Shown here piece after piece: positions 10,165 to 19,952 of a stretch of DNA of 64,000 nt. The notes under the pieces were generated by a model. It did not search any database. It had not been told where the DNA came from and saw only the letters and a list, made by a program, of their open reading frames with translations. Each line of letters begins with the position of its first letter. Positions within the stretch are counted from its first letter, which is position 1. Made by a program: the position numbers and the translations under genes. This stretch comes from Longimicrobiales bacterium (GTDB lineage Bacteria; Gemmatimonadota; Gemmatimonadetes; Longimicrobiales; Gaopeijiaceae). The stretch is taken from NCBI GenBank assembly GCA_965215925.1, contig CBDCEQ010000003.1:288368-352367 (forward strand). The letters are read 5' to 3'.

Positions 10165-10202
10165 TACGTAGTCTCCAGCGCTGCCTACGTAGCCATACGT
10201 AG
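10165..10202. promoter_or_regulatory. three helically phased TACGTAG boxes (candidate operator) upstream of the PAP2_C/FAAL cluster
   Basis: TACGTAG occurs at 10165-10171, 10186-10192 and 10196-10202. Spacings are 21 and 10 bp. The site lies 57 bp upstream of the 10259 start, and the TACGTA core is palindromic. Confidence 0.3.
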
Positions 10203-10258
10203 GGTCGCCTGATAGCGCAGCCTAGAAGTTGAGTGGAACCAAGGGCTAGGAGACTGGA

Positions 10259-11062
10259 ATGCGTTCAGCCGAATGGATCAGCGTTGCTTTTTTCACCCTG
10301 TTTCTAGCTGCGGGTGCGCTTGTTTCGCTGCACGGAAGGAAGCGACTAAAGGCGATCGGAATCGGGTTGACGGGAATCCTGACGGCCTGGATCCTGCAAT
10401 TCCTCGAGCCTGGGCCCGCCGTTGACGTGATTCGCGATGTGATCCCGGGGCTGTTTCTTCTCATGGCCTACTGGCAGTCCGGGCAGTTCTTCACGGGAAG
10501 CAATCCGAAGCTCCAGGCGTCTCTTCGCAGGCTAGACGAACGCTGGTTCCCCTGTGTAACCCGAATCACCTCCAGTCTGGAAAAGCGCCGCTTTCTCTCG
10601 ACCTACCTCGAGGCGGCCTATCTGTTGTGTTACCCCGTAGTACCGATCGGCATCGGCATTCTCTATCTGGTGGACCGGACGGACGCAATAGACCAGTTCT
10701 GGAGGGTCGTTCTCCCGCCGAGCTATGCCTGCTACGGCTTCACCGCGCTTTTCCAGAGCTTGCCACCTCGGATAGTCGACGCAGATGAGGGTGTCTGCCT
10801 GCGCCGATCCAAGCTTCGATCATTGAATCTCTGGGTACTCCGGCACGCCAGTATCCGGGCCAACACGCTCCCCAGTGGCCACGTCGCGAACTCCTTCGCC
10901 ATTGCGCTCGTGTTGCTGACGTTGACCCCAGTCGCTGGCGCTGTGCTTCTCTGGATTGCCGCGAGCATCGCAATGGCGACCGCGATTCTCCGGTACCACT
11001 ACTCGATAGATGCAGTGCTCGGCATCGCGCTCGCCCTTCTGTCCTTCGTCCTTTTCGTATGA
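10259..11062 (+). CDS. PAP2_C / sphingomyelin-synthase-like lipid phosphotransferase family membrane protein
   Basis: 267-aa polytopic ORF. LPSGHVANSF and RYHYSIDAVLG resemble the SGH and HY..D motifs of PAP2_C/SMS-type enzymes. SD-like GGAG lies 6 nt upstream of the ATG. Confidence 0.55.
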   Translation: MRSAEWISVAFFTLFLAAGALVSLHGRKRLKAIGIGLTGILTAWILQFLEPGPAVDVIRDVIPGLFLLMAYWQSGQFFTGSNPKLQASLRRLDERWFPCVTRITSSLEKRRFLSTYLEAAYLLCYPVVPIGIGILYLVDRTDAIDQFWRVVLPPSYACYGFTALFQSLPPRIVDADEGVCLRRSKLRSLNLWVLRHASIRANTLPSGHVANSFAIALVLLTLTPVAGAVLLWIAASIAMATAILRYHYSIDAVLGIALALLSFVLFV

Positions 11063-11092
11063 TCCCCCTGTGGCAAGAGAGGCAGGTGTGCC

Positions 11093-13924
11093 ATGAACGC
11101 TGATGTCACCACGATCCTGAATCCGCTCCGTGCCAACATCGAGAAGCACCCGGACAAACTTCTCTACGCCTTTCTCGACATAAATGGGCGGACCACGCAG
11201 TCCTATTCGTATGAAGCGTTTGTGCAGAGAACAACCGACATCGCGTCCCACATCCATCGCATGCACCCTCTCAAGCCCGGTGAGCGGGTGCTCCTGATCT
11301 ACCCACCCGGTGTCGAGATGATTTGTGCGTTTTTTGCCTGCGTGCGCCTTGGATTGATCCCCGTCCCCGTCTGCCCGCCGTCGAGTCAGGGGTTCGAGGC
11401 CGCGATCTACAAAATGAACTTCATCGCTCAGGACTGCCAAGCGTCGGCGGTCCTCACCGACCGCTCGTATTTCTGGTCTATAAAACTACATCGAACGCGA
11501 ACAAACATCGCTGCGTTCTCACTCAGCCGGGACTATACATCTAAGCTGAAGTGGATCGTGACCAGCGACGCTGAGTCGAACGCCCAAGCGGCTTTTCCCG
11601 AGGCTCATTCCGAGATTCTCTTCTTGCAGTACACATCCGGCTCCACCAGCGACCCTAAAGGGGTCATGGTCACGCATCGGAACATTGTCAGCAACTGCGA
11701 CACCGTGTTCGACCACGCCCCGATCGGCGTGTCGTGGCTGCCGCAGTATCACGACATGGGCCTGATCGGGGCCTACATCTTCTTGGCGATCAAGGGCGGC
11801 ACAACCTACGGATTCGCTCCCCTCGATTTCATTCAACGGCCGCTGCTGTGGCTCGAAACCATAAGCCGCTATCGGGCAACGGCTTCTGTCGGCCCGAACT
11901 TCGCGTATGAATACTGTTTGCGTCCGGATAAGATAGAGGACGAGAGCCTCACTCAGCTCGACCTGAGCTCCCTCGAGCTTCTCATGAATGGCGCGGAGCC
12001 GGTGCGGGCCAATGTTTTTGGCAGTTTCCTCAAGAAGTTTGGGCCCTACGGCCTGGCGGCGAAAAGTTTCTGTTCGGCCTACGGTCTGGCGGAGTACACG
12101 CTCGCCGTGTCGAGCCGTGGGAGCAGGATCCGCTCATTCGATGCCACGCGAATCACCGAGAACGAGGTATGTACCGCTGCCTACGCGGCTCCTGCTGCGG
12201 AGACCACCACGCTGGTCAGCTGCGGTAGGCCGCTCGGTTCCACCGAGGTCAAGATTGTCGATGTCGCGGGCACGGCTCACGAAGCACCCGAGGGCCGTAT
12301 CGGGGAGATATGGGTCGACGGGCCCAGCAAATGCCTCGGATATTGGGATCGGCCACAGCTGACCAAGCAAATCTTTGAGGCGCAGATCGGGGGCGTAGAT
12401 AGCGACGAAACGAGGTGGCTCCGCACCGGCGATCTCGGTTTCATGCAAGACGGCGAGCTTTTCGTCTGTGGTCGCGCTAAGGATCTGATCATCATACGTG
12501 GCCTCAATTACTACCCGCAGGATATCGAGGCAATCGTCGAAGAGGACCCAGCGATCCGCAAAGGCTGCGTTGCGGCCTTCTCAGTCGAACAGAATGGATG
12601 CGAGGTTCTCGCGGTCGTTGCCGAGCTAAAGAACGTCAACCGGATTCCTGAGACCGAGAACATCAGCAGGAGCATCCGCCAGCGGCTCGGCATCGTGGCC
12701 GAATCCTTCGTTTACATCCCCGCGCGAACGATTCCGAAGACGAGCTCAGGCAAGATCGTACGGCATAAGGCTCGGGCACGATGGCGCGAGAATCGGTTGA
12801 AAGTCGTCGCCCGCGTCGAGGCGGCATTGCCCACGGTTATAACGCCAGACGATCGGGCTCGGGGCGAAGCAATTGCCGAGGGCGCGTGCGATAACAGCGT
12901 AAGAGCCGCTCTTGATGGCATTTTTGGCAGGTACGGACTGACTGGTACCGAGAGTCTGACCCTCGGCGACGCGGGCCTCGATTCCTTAGGCATGGCGGAG
13001 TTCGCGGCGGATCTCGAGAATCACCTCAAGGCACGGGGAGAAAGCGATCTCGCGGCATCCATCGACATCCGCTGGCTTCAAAAGATCGCGATCACCGAAC
13101 TCTTCGAGCTCCTTGAGCAGGTGAATGCCGCAGCTCCTCGTGCCAGGGTGCGCTTCCAGCGGGCGTTCGCAACCCTTCGGCGCGAGAACCAAGAGATCGA
13201 GCTCGATATGATGCGACGAGACGCCCGACTTGGCTTCGACCCATCGGAGCTACCTGCGGTGGACTCACGCTTGAGTGCGGTCGACGGTGGCATTCTACTG
13301 ACCGGTGGCACCGGATTCTTCGGACCCTTCTTGCTCAGGAGTCTGCTCGAGCAGTGTGATGACGAGATCTACGTCGTTGTCCGGGCTCAAGATGCCGCCC
13401 ACGGTAGAGAGCGCCTTCGAGAAGGGCTCGCCTCGCTCGACAGTTCCATGAATTCGAGCCTACCGGAGGATTGGACGAATCCAGTGACCCCGATCTGCGG
13501 TGACCTCTCTCAGCCAAACCTGGGAGTTTCCACGGCAAACTGGACGTTTCTGTCCGAGAACATCCACACCATTTATCACAATGGAGCGCTGGTTAATTAT
13601 CTGCTCGACTACGCGAGCATGCGTGCCATCAATGTCGGCGGCACCAGGGATCTCGTCCGCCTCGCCTTGAGCCGTCGGCCGAAAATCTTGAATCACATTT
13701 CCACGACCTTCGTATTCGGTTGGTCCTCGCGAGACACTCTTTTTGAGAACGACAACAACCAGGACATGGAGTTGCTCGACTTTGGCTATAGCCAGAGCAA
13801 GTGGGTATCCGAACAGATCGTGTTGAATGCCATGCGACAGGGCCTATCCGCTCGCGTATTTCGGCCCGCACTCATTACCCCGTCGGTCAGCGGGGGCGGA
13901 TACAACTTTGACCTGACCCCCTGA
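11093..13924 (+). pseudogene. fatty acyl-AMP ligase - ACP - thioester reductase multidomain protein, 3'-truncated by IS3 element
   Basis: Domain motifs are LQYTSGSTSDPKGV and LPQYHDMGLIG (FAAL), GDAGLDSLGMAEF (carrier Ser), and LLTGGTGFFG with YSQSKWVSE (SDR reductase). The last codons LTP-stop are encoded by the IS terminal repeat TGACCCCCTGA. About 100+ aa of the reductase domain are missing. Confidence 0.8.
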
Positions 13925-13986
13925 AACGAGACCAGGTGCAATGTTAGGATCGACCTGGTCTGAAGCTTATCAGCGAGGAGGTCAGG

Positions 13987-14265
13987 ATGGGAAGGAAGCG
14001 ACACACTCCGGAGCAGATCATCACTGCACTGCGGGAGGCAGAGGTCGGTCTGGCCCGCGGCAAATCCGTGAAGCTGATGAGCCGGGAGCTCGGCATCACC
14101 GAGCAGACGTACTACCGGTGGAGGCGGGAGTACGGCGGGATGAAGGTAAGCCAGGCACGGCGCCTGAAGGAGCTCGAGCGCGAGAACGGGCGCCTGAAGC
14201 GAGCAGTGGCGGACTTGACACTGGACAAGCTGATCCTGGAGGAAGCGGCCCAGGGAAACTTCTGA
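13987..14265 (+). CDS. IS3-family transposase OrfA (HTH)
   Basis: 92 aa: MGRKRHTPEQII..LGITEQTYYRWRREYGGM..leucine-zipper-like tail, typical of IS3 OrfA. Confidence 0.85.
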   Translation: MGRKRHTPEQIITALREAEVGLARGKSVKLMSRELGITEQTYYRWRREYGGMKVSQARRLKELERENGRLKRAVADLTLDKLILEEAAQGNF

Positions 14266-15149
14266 GCCCCGAGCGCCGACGACGTTGTGTGGTGCGTGTA
14301 CGTCAGCAGCTCGGGGCGTCGGAGAGGAGAGCGTGCCGGGTGCTCGGGCAGCCACGCACGACCCAGCGCCGGGCGAGGAAAGTGGCGAGTGACGAGGGGG
14401 CGCTCCGAGGTGATATCGTGCGACTCGCGAGTCGATTCGGCCGCTACGGCTACCGACGCGTCACGGACATGCTCCGCATCGAGGGCTGGGGGGTGAACCA
14501 CAAGCGGGTGGAGCGGATCTGGAGGCAGGAGGGGCTGAAGGTCCCGGAGCGGCAGCCGAAGCGAAGTCGGCTGTGGCTCAACGACGGATCGTGCATCCGG
14601 CTGAGGCCGCTGTATCGGGGCCACGTCTGGTCGTACGACTTCGTGGCCTCGAGGACGCACGACGGACGTGCGCTGAAGCTGCTGACAGTGCTGGACGAGC
14701 ACACGAGGGAGTGCCTGGCGATCGTGGTGGCTCGCAAGATCCGCTCGCACGACGTGCTCGAGGTGCTGGCCGATCTGTTCGTCCGACACGGGCCTCCCGA
14801 GTATCTGAGGTCGGACAACGGACCGGAGTTCACCGCGAAGCTCGTGCGGCGGCGGTTGGGGCGCGTGGGCGTCGAGACGCTCTTTATCGAGCCGGGCAGC
14901 CCGTGGGAGAACGGCTACAACGAGAGCTTCAACGGCAAGCTCAGGGACGAGCTGTTGAACGGGGAGATCTTCTACTCGTTGGCGGAGGTGGCCGTGCTGG
15001 TCGAGCAATGGAGGCGCGAGTACAATACCGTCCGACCCCACAGCGCCTGCGGCGGCTTTCCCCCGGCCCCTGAGGCGATTAAGCCGTCGCCCTGGTTCCT
15101 GAGGATGCCCGTCCTTCACGGCCCTCCACAGGTGCTGGGACTAACATAG
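14253..15149 (+). CDS. IS3-family transposase OrfB (DDE/rve), expressed by -1 frameshift at GGGAAAC
   Basis: The X XXY YYZ heptamer G GGA AAC at 14253-14259 is in orfA phase. The -1 frame reads GKLLSPERRR... through HVWSYDF...DNGPEFTA...SPWENGYNESFNGKLRDE. Confidence 0.8.
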   Translation, partial: GKLLSPERRRRCVVRVRQQLGASERRACRVLGQPRTTQRRARKVASDEGALRGDIVRLASRFGRYGYRRVTDMLRIEGWGVNHKRVERIWRQEGLKVPERQPKRSRLWLNDGSCIRLRPLYRGHVWSYDFVASRTHDGRALKLLTVLDEHTRECLAIVVARKIRSHDVLEVLADLFVRHGPPEYLRSDNGPEFTAKLVRRRLGRVGVETLFIEPGSPWENGYNESFNGKLRDELLNGEIFYSLAEVAVLVEQWRREYNTVRPHSACGGFPPAPEAIKPSPWFLRMPVLHGPPQVLGLT

Positions 15150-16350
15150 GATGTGGTACCGCTCTTGGGGGCAGGTCAATCCGAAACCCAGTTCGGATCT
15201 TCGAGAGGTATCGAGATCAGTTCGGGCCCACATTCACGTTTCATTTTGGTGGCGCGAAGGGAGCAATCGTGTCCACCAGCCCCAGTTTCATTCAGCACGT
15301 ACTAAAGAAGAACAGGGACAACTATCACAAGTCGGACGTGCAGGTTAGGCGTATGGCAGAGTTCCAGGGTCAGGGTCTCCTGAACAGTCACGGAGAGCCT
15401 TGGCTGCGGCAGCGCCGGTTCTTGAGTCAGGGATTTCGGAGAAGCCGGCTGACCGCTCTCCTGCCCATGCAGGAGCAAGTGCTCGAGGACTCGATGGCTC
15501 GATTGGACCGTCAAGCCCGCCAAGGTCCGGTTGACATGTACCGGCTCATGGTCGGGTTTACCTTCCGCTTGGTCGGAAAATCCCTTTTCGGCAGCCGCAT
15601 GACGGACGCAGAGATCGAGCAAATTACATCTGCGATCACGACAATTCAGGGCTTCATAGTCCGCCAAATCGTTCAGCCATACAAGATTCCGTGGTTCCGG
15701 ATTAGTGGCCAGTCACGTCGATATCAGCAGATGCGCATCGAGGCTGATCAGATTGCCCGTGACTATATCGAAGCCCGAGGACAAGCGGTCGGGGTTGAGG
15801 GGGGTGATCTTCTCGAACTCATGCTCGAGACCCCGTACCCGGATTCCGGGGTGACGATGAGCCAAGAGCAAATGCTGATCGAATTGTTGCAACTCTTTGT
15901 CGCAGGCAATGAAACCTCTACCGTTGCGCTGTCTTGGACTCTCTATTTACTCGCCAAGCACCCTCATCTCATTGGTGAGATCCGCGACGAGATCAACGCC
16001 GTGCTTGGGGAAGGTCCCATCACCTTCGCGGGGCTGCATCGACTCCAACTAACGCTTCGCGTGCTTGATGAAGCGATGCGCCTTTACCCCTCGTTTTGGA
16101 TGATCGATCGTGTTGCCCTCGAGGACGACGAGATCGACGGAATCCGAATCCCAGCGGGCTTGACCGTCGTCCCCTATATCTACGGTACGCACCGGAACCC
16201 GGATGTGTGGGCAAACCCAGAGGCGTTTGACCCAAGCCGTTTTGAGCCTGAAGCCAAGAAGGATCGACACCCCTTCGCCCACATTCCCTTTGGAGGTGGG
16301 CCGAGGATTTGCATAGGGTCCTGAAGTGACCCCCGAAGTTGATCCAAAAG

Positions 16351-17226
16351 CTATGGGACTTCCGAGGTACTTTTAGGAGCGAGGTCCTCGTCGCTCGGTG
16401 AATGAATACCCATAAACTCCTCGGGAGTCAGAAAACCCAAGGAACTGTGGGGACGAACTTCGTTGTAGTCGGCTCGCCACTGCTCGATCGATCGTTTCGC
16501 GTCCGGGATCGAGAGGAACCAGTGCAGGTTTAAGCATTCGTCTCGGAGTGTGCCGTTGAAGCTCTCGATGAATCCATTCTGGACCGGTTTGCCCGGCTGG
16601 ATGAAGTCGAGCTTCACACCTCGAGCGTAGGCCCATGAATCGAACGCACGGCTGCGGAACTCGGAGCCGTTGTCCGTGATGATCACATCGGGCAAGCCTC
16701 TGGACTCCTTGAGCCGCTCCATCACCTCGATCACCCCGGCGGCCGGAATCGAATGCGCGACGTGAATCGCCAGACACTCGCGACTGAACTCGTCCATGAT
16801 GGTCAGGCACCGAAAGCGGCGGCCGTTGCTCAGCGTATCAGAGACGAAGTCCATACTCCACCGCTCGTTCGGCCCACTCAACGCCTCTCGGATCGGTCGA
16901 GGAGCCTGGCTCCTACGTTTCCTTCCCTTCGAACGCACCGCGAGCCCTTCTTCCCTGTAGAGTCGTTGAACTCGCTTCCGGTTCACCAGTCGGCCTTCGC
17001 GTCGAAGCATCACGTGGATCATCCGGTAGCCCCAGCGCGGCCGCTCCTGCGCCAACTCTACAATGCGAGCTCGTAGAAGCTCTTGGGGATCGCGAATACT
17101 GCGATATCGCATCGTCGAGCGTGGAAACCCTGTGTGCCGGATCGCTCTGCGTTCTGAAACCCCTCGCACGGCTTGCATCTGCTCGACGACCTGGCGCCGT
17201 TCCCGGGCCGTCACGATCCGTTTCCC
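16351..17226 (-). CDS. IS3-family transposase OrfB (DDE/rve), -1 frameshift at GGGAAAC
   Basis: The heptamer G GGA AAC (minus strand, 17220-17226) is in orfA phase. The -1 frame gives [12 protein letters not shown]... then WSMDF...TDNGSEF...[20 protein letters not shown]. Confidence 0.85.
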   Translation of the reverse strand, partial: GKRIVTARERRQVVEQMQAVRGVSERRAIRHTGFPRSTMRYRSIRDPQELLRARIVELAQERPRWGYRMIHVMLRREGRLVNRKRVQRLYREEGLAVRSKGRKRRSQAPRPIREALSGPNERWSMDFVSDTLSNGRRFRCLTIMDEFSRECLAIHVAHSIPAAGVIEVMERLKESRGLPDVIITDNGSEFRSRAFDSWAYARGVKLDFIQPGKPVQNGFIESFNGTLRDECLNLHWFLSIPDAKRSIEQWRADYNEVRPHSSLGFLTPEEFMGIHSPSDEDLAPKSTSEVP

Positions 17227-17504
17227 AACAAATCTTTCAGAACCTGAAGATTCAATGCCTGGTCGGCCACGATCCGCTTCAGCCGTCGGTTCTCATCTTC
17301 GACCTGCTTCAAGCGTCTCGCCTCGTTCACGTCCATACCTCCGTACTTCGTGCGCCACCGGTAGTACGTCGTCTCCGCGATCCCGTGCCTGCGGCACACC
17401 TCACGGATCGTCGCTCCAGCTTCCACTTCCTGCAGGATCCCGATGATTTGCTCTTCCCGAAACCGCCTCTTTTGCATGACTCCTCCGTTCAAGGAGTCCC
17501 ACAA
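17211..17504 (-). CDS. IS3-family transposase OrfA (HTH)
   Basis: 97 aa: [48 protein letters not shown]... Confidence 0.85.
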   Translation of the reverse strand: MWDSLNGGVMQKRRFREEQIIGILQEVEAGATIREVCRRHGIAETTYYRWRTKYGGMDVNEARRLKQVEDENRRLKRIVADQALNLQVLKDLLGNGS

Positions 17505-17820
17505 TAACTGGATCAGGTTCCGGGGGTCACTTCAGTCCAACATGGCGATAATGCAGATGCTACTCATTCTCGCCGTCTTCATCCGCAGGTACGATTTCGG
17601 ACTCGCTAGCGCAGACGCGGTCGAGATCGACCCGATGATGGTTCTGCACCCAAAAGGTGCGATCGAGATGAACGTTCGACGAGTGTAGTGTCGGGTGTGC
17701 CCTCCAGCCATTTTCTGGCCTACTGAGACAGCCGTCATTGCCTTGCCTGCCGCATGGGGGCTCCGCATCTTCCTCGGCTTCCAGTGAGCATGACTTCACT
17801 CAGTGATCCGGGTGGGGGTA

Positions 17821-18093
17821 GTGCTCAGCGCTCACCAGGCCATCGTGTTCATTCGCGCCTATCGGGTCTCAGACGAATCCGCAGTTCTCATTCTATGGGA
17901 GAGTTGTGACCTGATTCGTCCCTGGAACGATCCTGCGAAGGACATCTAGCGACGGCTTGAAGGGTCTGGCTGTCCGAAGGTGAATCTGCAGATCCGTGGG
18001 ACGAACGAGTCTGCCATCGGCTTTTATCGGGGAATCGGGTATGAGGTCGAGGATAGGGTGAGCATGACGAAACGGCTGGAACAGGACGAATAG
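17821..18093 (+). pseudogene. YpeA-like GNAT acetyltransferase remnant (in-frame TAG plus about 50-aa internal deletion)
   Basis: [38 protein letters not shown](17947)-RRLEGSGCPKVNLQIRGTNESAIGFYRGIGYEVEDRVSMTKRLEQDE. Both ends match YpeA-type GNATs as recalled. The acetyl-CoA binding core is absent. Confidence 0.6.
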
Positions 18094-18140
18094 TTCCCCA
18101 CGGATGATACGCGCACGTCATACGAACTGACCCCGCCCTG

Positions 18141-18833
18141 ATGAATCCACCCCCCAAGGAACTGCGAATTCGACATCTGGACATGCATGAGTTGCAGCGC
18201 GCAGTTGCCCATCTCACACTCACCGATGCCGATCTGGCTGCCGTGATTCAACGGCACGGCCCTCCGCCGCTCTGGGCTCGCAGTCCAGGCATCGAAACCC
18301 TAATCCGGATTGTTCTCGAGCAACAAGTGTCACTCGCGTCCGGCCGCGCCATGTACGTTCGGCTCGAGAATCATCTGGGTGAGGTCACGGTCACCACGCT
18401 GTTAGAGTGCGGAGCGGCTGGCCTGAAAGCGTTGGGACTCACGCGTCAGAAAGCAGCGTACTGTATCGCCGTTGGCGAGCAGATTGGGAGTGGGGCGCTC
18501 CGCCTGGAACGTCTGGAAGAGGTTTCGGAGCACGACGCACGGGCGGAGTTACAGCGGGTGAAGGGGATTGGACCCTGGACGGCGGACGTTTATCTCCTCA
18601 TGGCCCTTGGGCGGCCCGACGTGTGGCCAGCCGGGGATATTGCGCTCCTTACGGCCATGCAACACCTGCGTTCATTGAAGCGGCGACCAAGCTCGGAAGA
18701 GGCCACCGAGTATGCGCTCTGCTGGAGGCCATGGCGCGCAGTGGCAGCACGCATTCTCTGGCACGGATACCTGGCAGGTAGCTTGAAGAAGCCTCACACT
18801 GGCAGGACGGACCTGGAACGGCCTAGCTCATGA
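18141..18833 (+). CDS. DNA-3-methyladenine glycosylase II-like HhH-GPD base-excision repair protein
   Basis: 230 aa with LQRVKGIGPWTADVYLLMALGRPDVWPAGDIAL, a helix-hairpin-helix/GPD motif with catalytic Asp. Confidence 0.75.
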   Translation: MNPPPKELRIRHLDMHELQRAVAHLTLTDADLAAVIQRHGPPPLWARSPGIETLIRIVLEQQVSLASGRAMYVRLENHLGEVTVTTLLECGAAGLKALGLTRQKAAYCIAVGEQIGSGALRLERLEEVSEHDARAELQRVKGIGPWTADVYLLMALGRPDVWPAGDIALLTAMQHLRSLKRRPSSEEATEYALCWRPWRAVAARILWHGYLAGSLKKPHTGRTDLERPSS

Positions 18834-18920
18834 TGAAGGCGGTGCCGGGCTCACCCAGGAGGAAGGACAAGTCACATGAACCTTCCTGATTTTGGAAGAA
18901 TCGTGTAACGGAGGTGGACC

Positions 18921-19808
18921 ATGAGATTGCCGATCTTAGTGCCACTGAGTTTTCTGGCGCTCTTGGGCGCACCGGGCGCGGGCAGCGCGCAAGGACCGGA
19001 ACTAGAGGGGGTCATCGACCTGCACGTACATGCGGCGCCCGGGAGCAGGGGTCCTCGCTCGGTCAACGAGTTCGAGGCAGCGCAGATGGCCCAACGCCAT
19101 GGCATGAGGGCGATCCTGATCAAGAACCACTATACAGAGACCGCTTCCCACGCGTATCTCGTTTCACAGATCGTACGGGGCATCGATGTGTACGGAGGTA
19201 TCGTTCTGAACCGCTCTGTGGGGGGAATCAACCCGATCGCGGTCGAGAACATGGCGTCGATGACTGGCAATTTGGGCCGTATGGTCTGGCTGCCGACCTT
19301 CAACTCCGAACACAATTCCCCGGATTCGGAGAACGTTCCGATCACTCGGGGTGGAGAACTCCTGCCGGAAGTCAGGCGCGTGTTCGATGTGATTAGGGAG
19401 TACGATCTTGGATTGGCCACCGGCCACGCGAGCCCCGAGGAAGGCCTGATCGTGATCCGAGAGGCGAAAGCGGCCGGAATTGAACGGATAATCGTGACAC
19501 ATCCAGCCTCGGGACTGGTTGGCATGTCCCTCGATATGCAGAGAGAAGCGGTGCGTTTGGGCGCGTTGCTTGAGTATACGGTCAGTTCCGCGTTGAATCC
19601 GGAATCATTCGATGAGGTCACTTCGCAGATTCGTGAGGTGGGTCCGGAAAATGTGGTGCTAACGACCGACCTAGGCCAAGCGGGCAATCCGGTCCACGCA
19701 GACGGGCTGAGGGTGGTCCTGCCTCGCCTCATCTCGGCGGGGTTCAGCCAGGCTGAGGTCGATACGATGACCAAGCACAATCCCGCCCGATTGCTCGGCC
19801 TCGACTGA
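18921..19808 (+). CDS. secreted amidohydrolase-superfamily (TIM-barrel metal hydrolase-like) protein
   Basis: Signal peptide MRLPILVPLSFLALLGAPGAGSAQG, then VIDLHVHAAP (HxH metal motif). 295 aa. Confidence 0.5.
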   Translation: MRLPILVPLSFLALLGAPGAGSAQGPELEGVIDLHVHAAPGSRGPRSVNEFEAAQMAQRHGMRAILIKNHYTETASHAYLVSQIVRGIDVYGGIVLNRSVGGINPIAVENMASMTGNLGRMVWLPTFNSEHNSPDSENVPITRGGELLPEVRRVFDVIREYDLGLATGHASPEEGLIVIREAKAAGIERIIVTHPASGLVGMSLDMQREAVRLGALLEYTVSSALNPESFDEVTSQIREVGPENVVLTTDLGQAGNPVHADGLRVVLPRLISAGFSQAEVDTMTKHNPARLLGLD

Positions 19809-19952
19809 GCGCGGCGGTAGTTCTTCTCAACCCAGCCCCGTGAGCTCCAGGCTCAGCTGCTGCAACCGCGCCCGCGCCACGAGGTCGTCCGCTTGTGGGT
19901 TGGGCTGCCCGACCCTTTGCTGATTGAAATACTGGCCACTGCCGATATCGGG

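Larger units (their letters stand above)
13914..15178 (+). mobile_element. IS3-family insertion sequence (1265 bp), element 1
   Basis: Ends are TGACCCCCTGAAACGAGACC... and ...GGTACCGCTCTTGGGGGCAGGTCA. Both ends are independently confirmed by the related derivative at 23588-23981. It has an orfA/orfB arrangement with a -1 slippery site. No target duplication (flanks ACC vs ATC). Confidence 0.85.
16322..17534 (-). mobile_element. IS3-family insertion sequence (1213 bp), element 2, with 4-bp target duplication GTCC
   Basis: Terminal inverted repeats are TGAAGTGACCCCCGAAGTTGATCCA (16322-) and the reverse complement of 17534- (TGAAGTGACCCCCGGAACCTGATCCA). GTCC occurs at 16318-16321 and 17535-17538. 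Removing the IS plus one GTCC restores ...ICIGSNMAIM... Confidence 0.9.
15179..17688 (+). pseudogene. cytochrome P450, 5'-truncated by IS3 element 1 and interrupted by IS3 element 2
   Basis: The frame is open directly from the IS end (IRNPVRIFERYRDQFGPTFTFHFGG...) but lacks the N-terminus. The heme loop FGGGPRICIG ends at 16321 and resumes SNMAIMQMLLILAVFIRRYDF at 17535. The AGNETS I-helix motif is present. Confidence 0.85.

Noticed and set aside
14112-15119. Long antisense or overlapping ORFs in the track, for example 14112..15119(-), 20828..21718(+), 34594..35340(-), 40622..41419(-), 44618..45433(-), 57307..58014(+), 59836..60819(+), 61066..61908(+) and 38183..38890(+).
   Set aside because: They lie opposite to or overlapping genes with clear family signatures. 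They have Arg/Pro/Gly/Ser-rich, low-complexity translations typical of shadow ORFs in GC-rich DNA.
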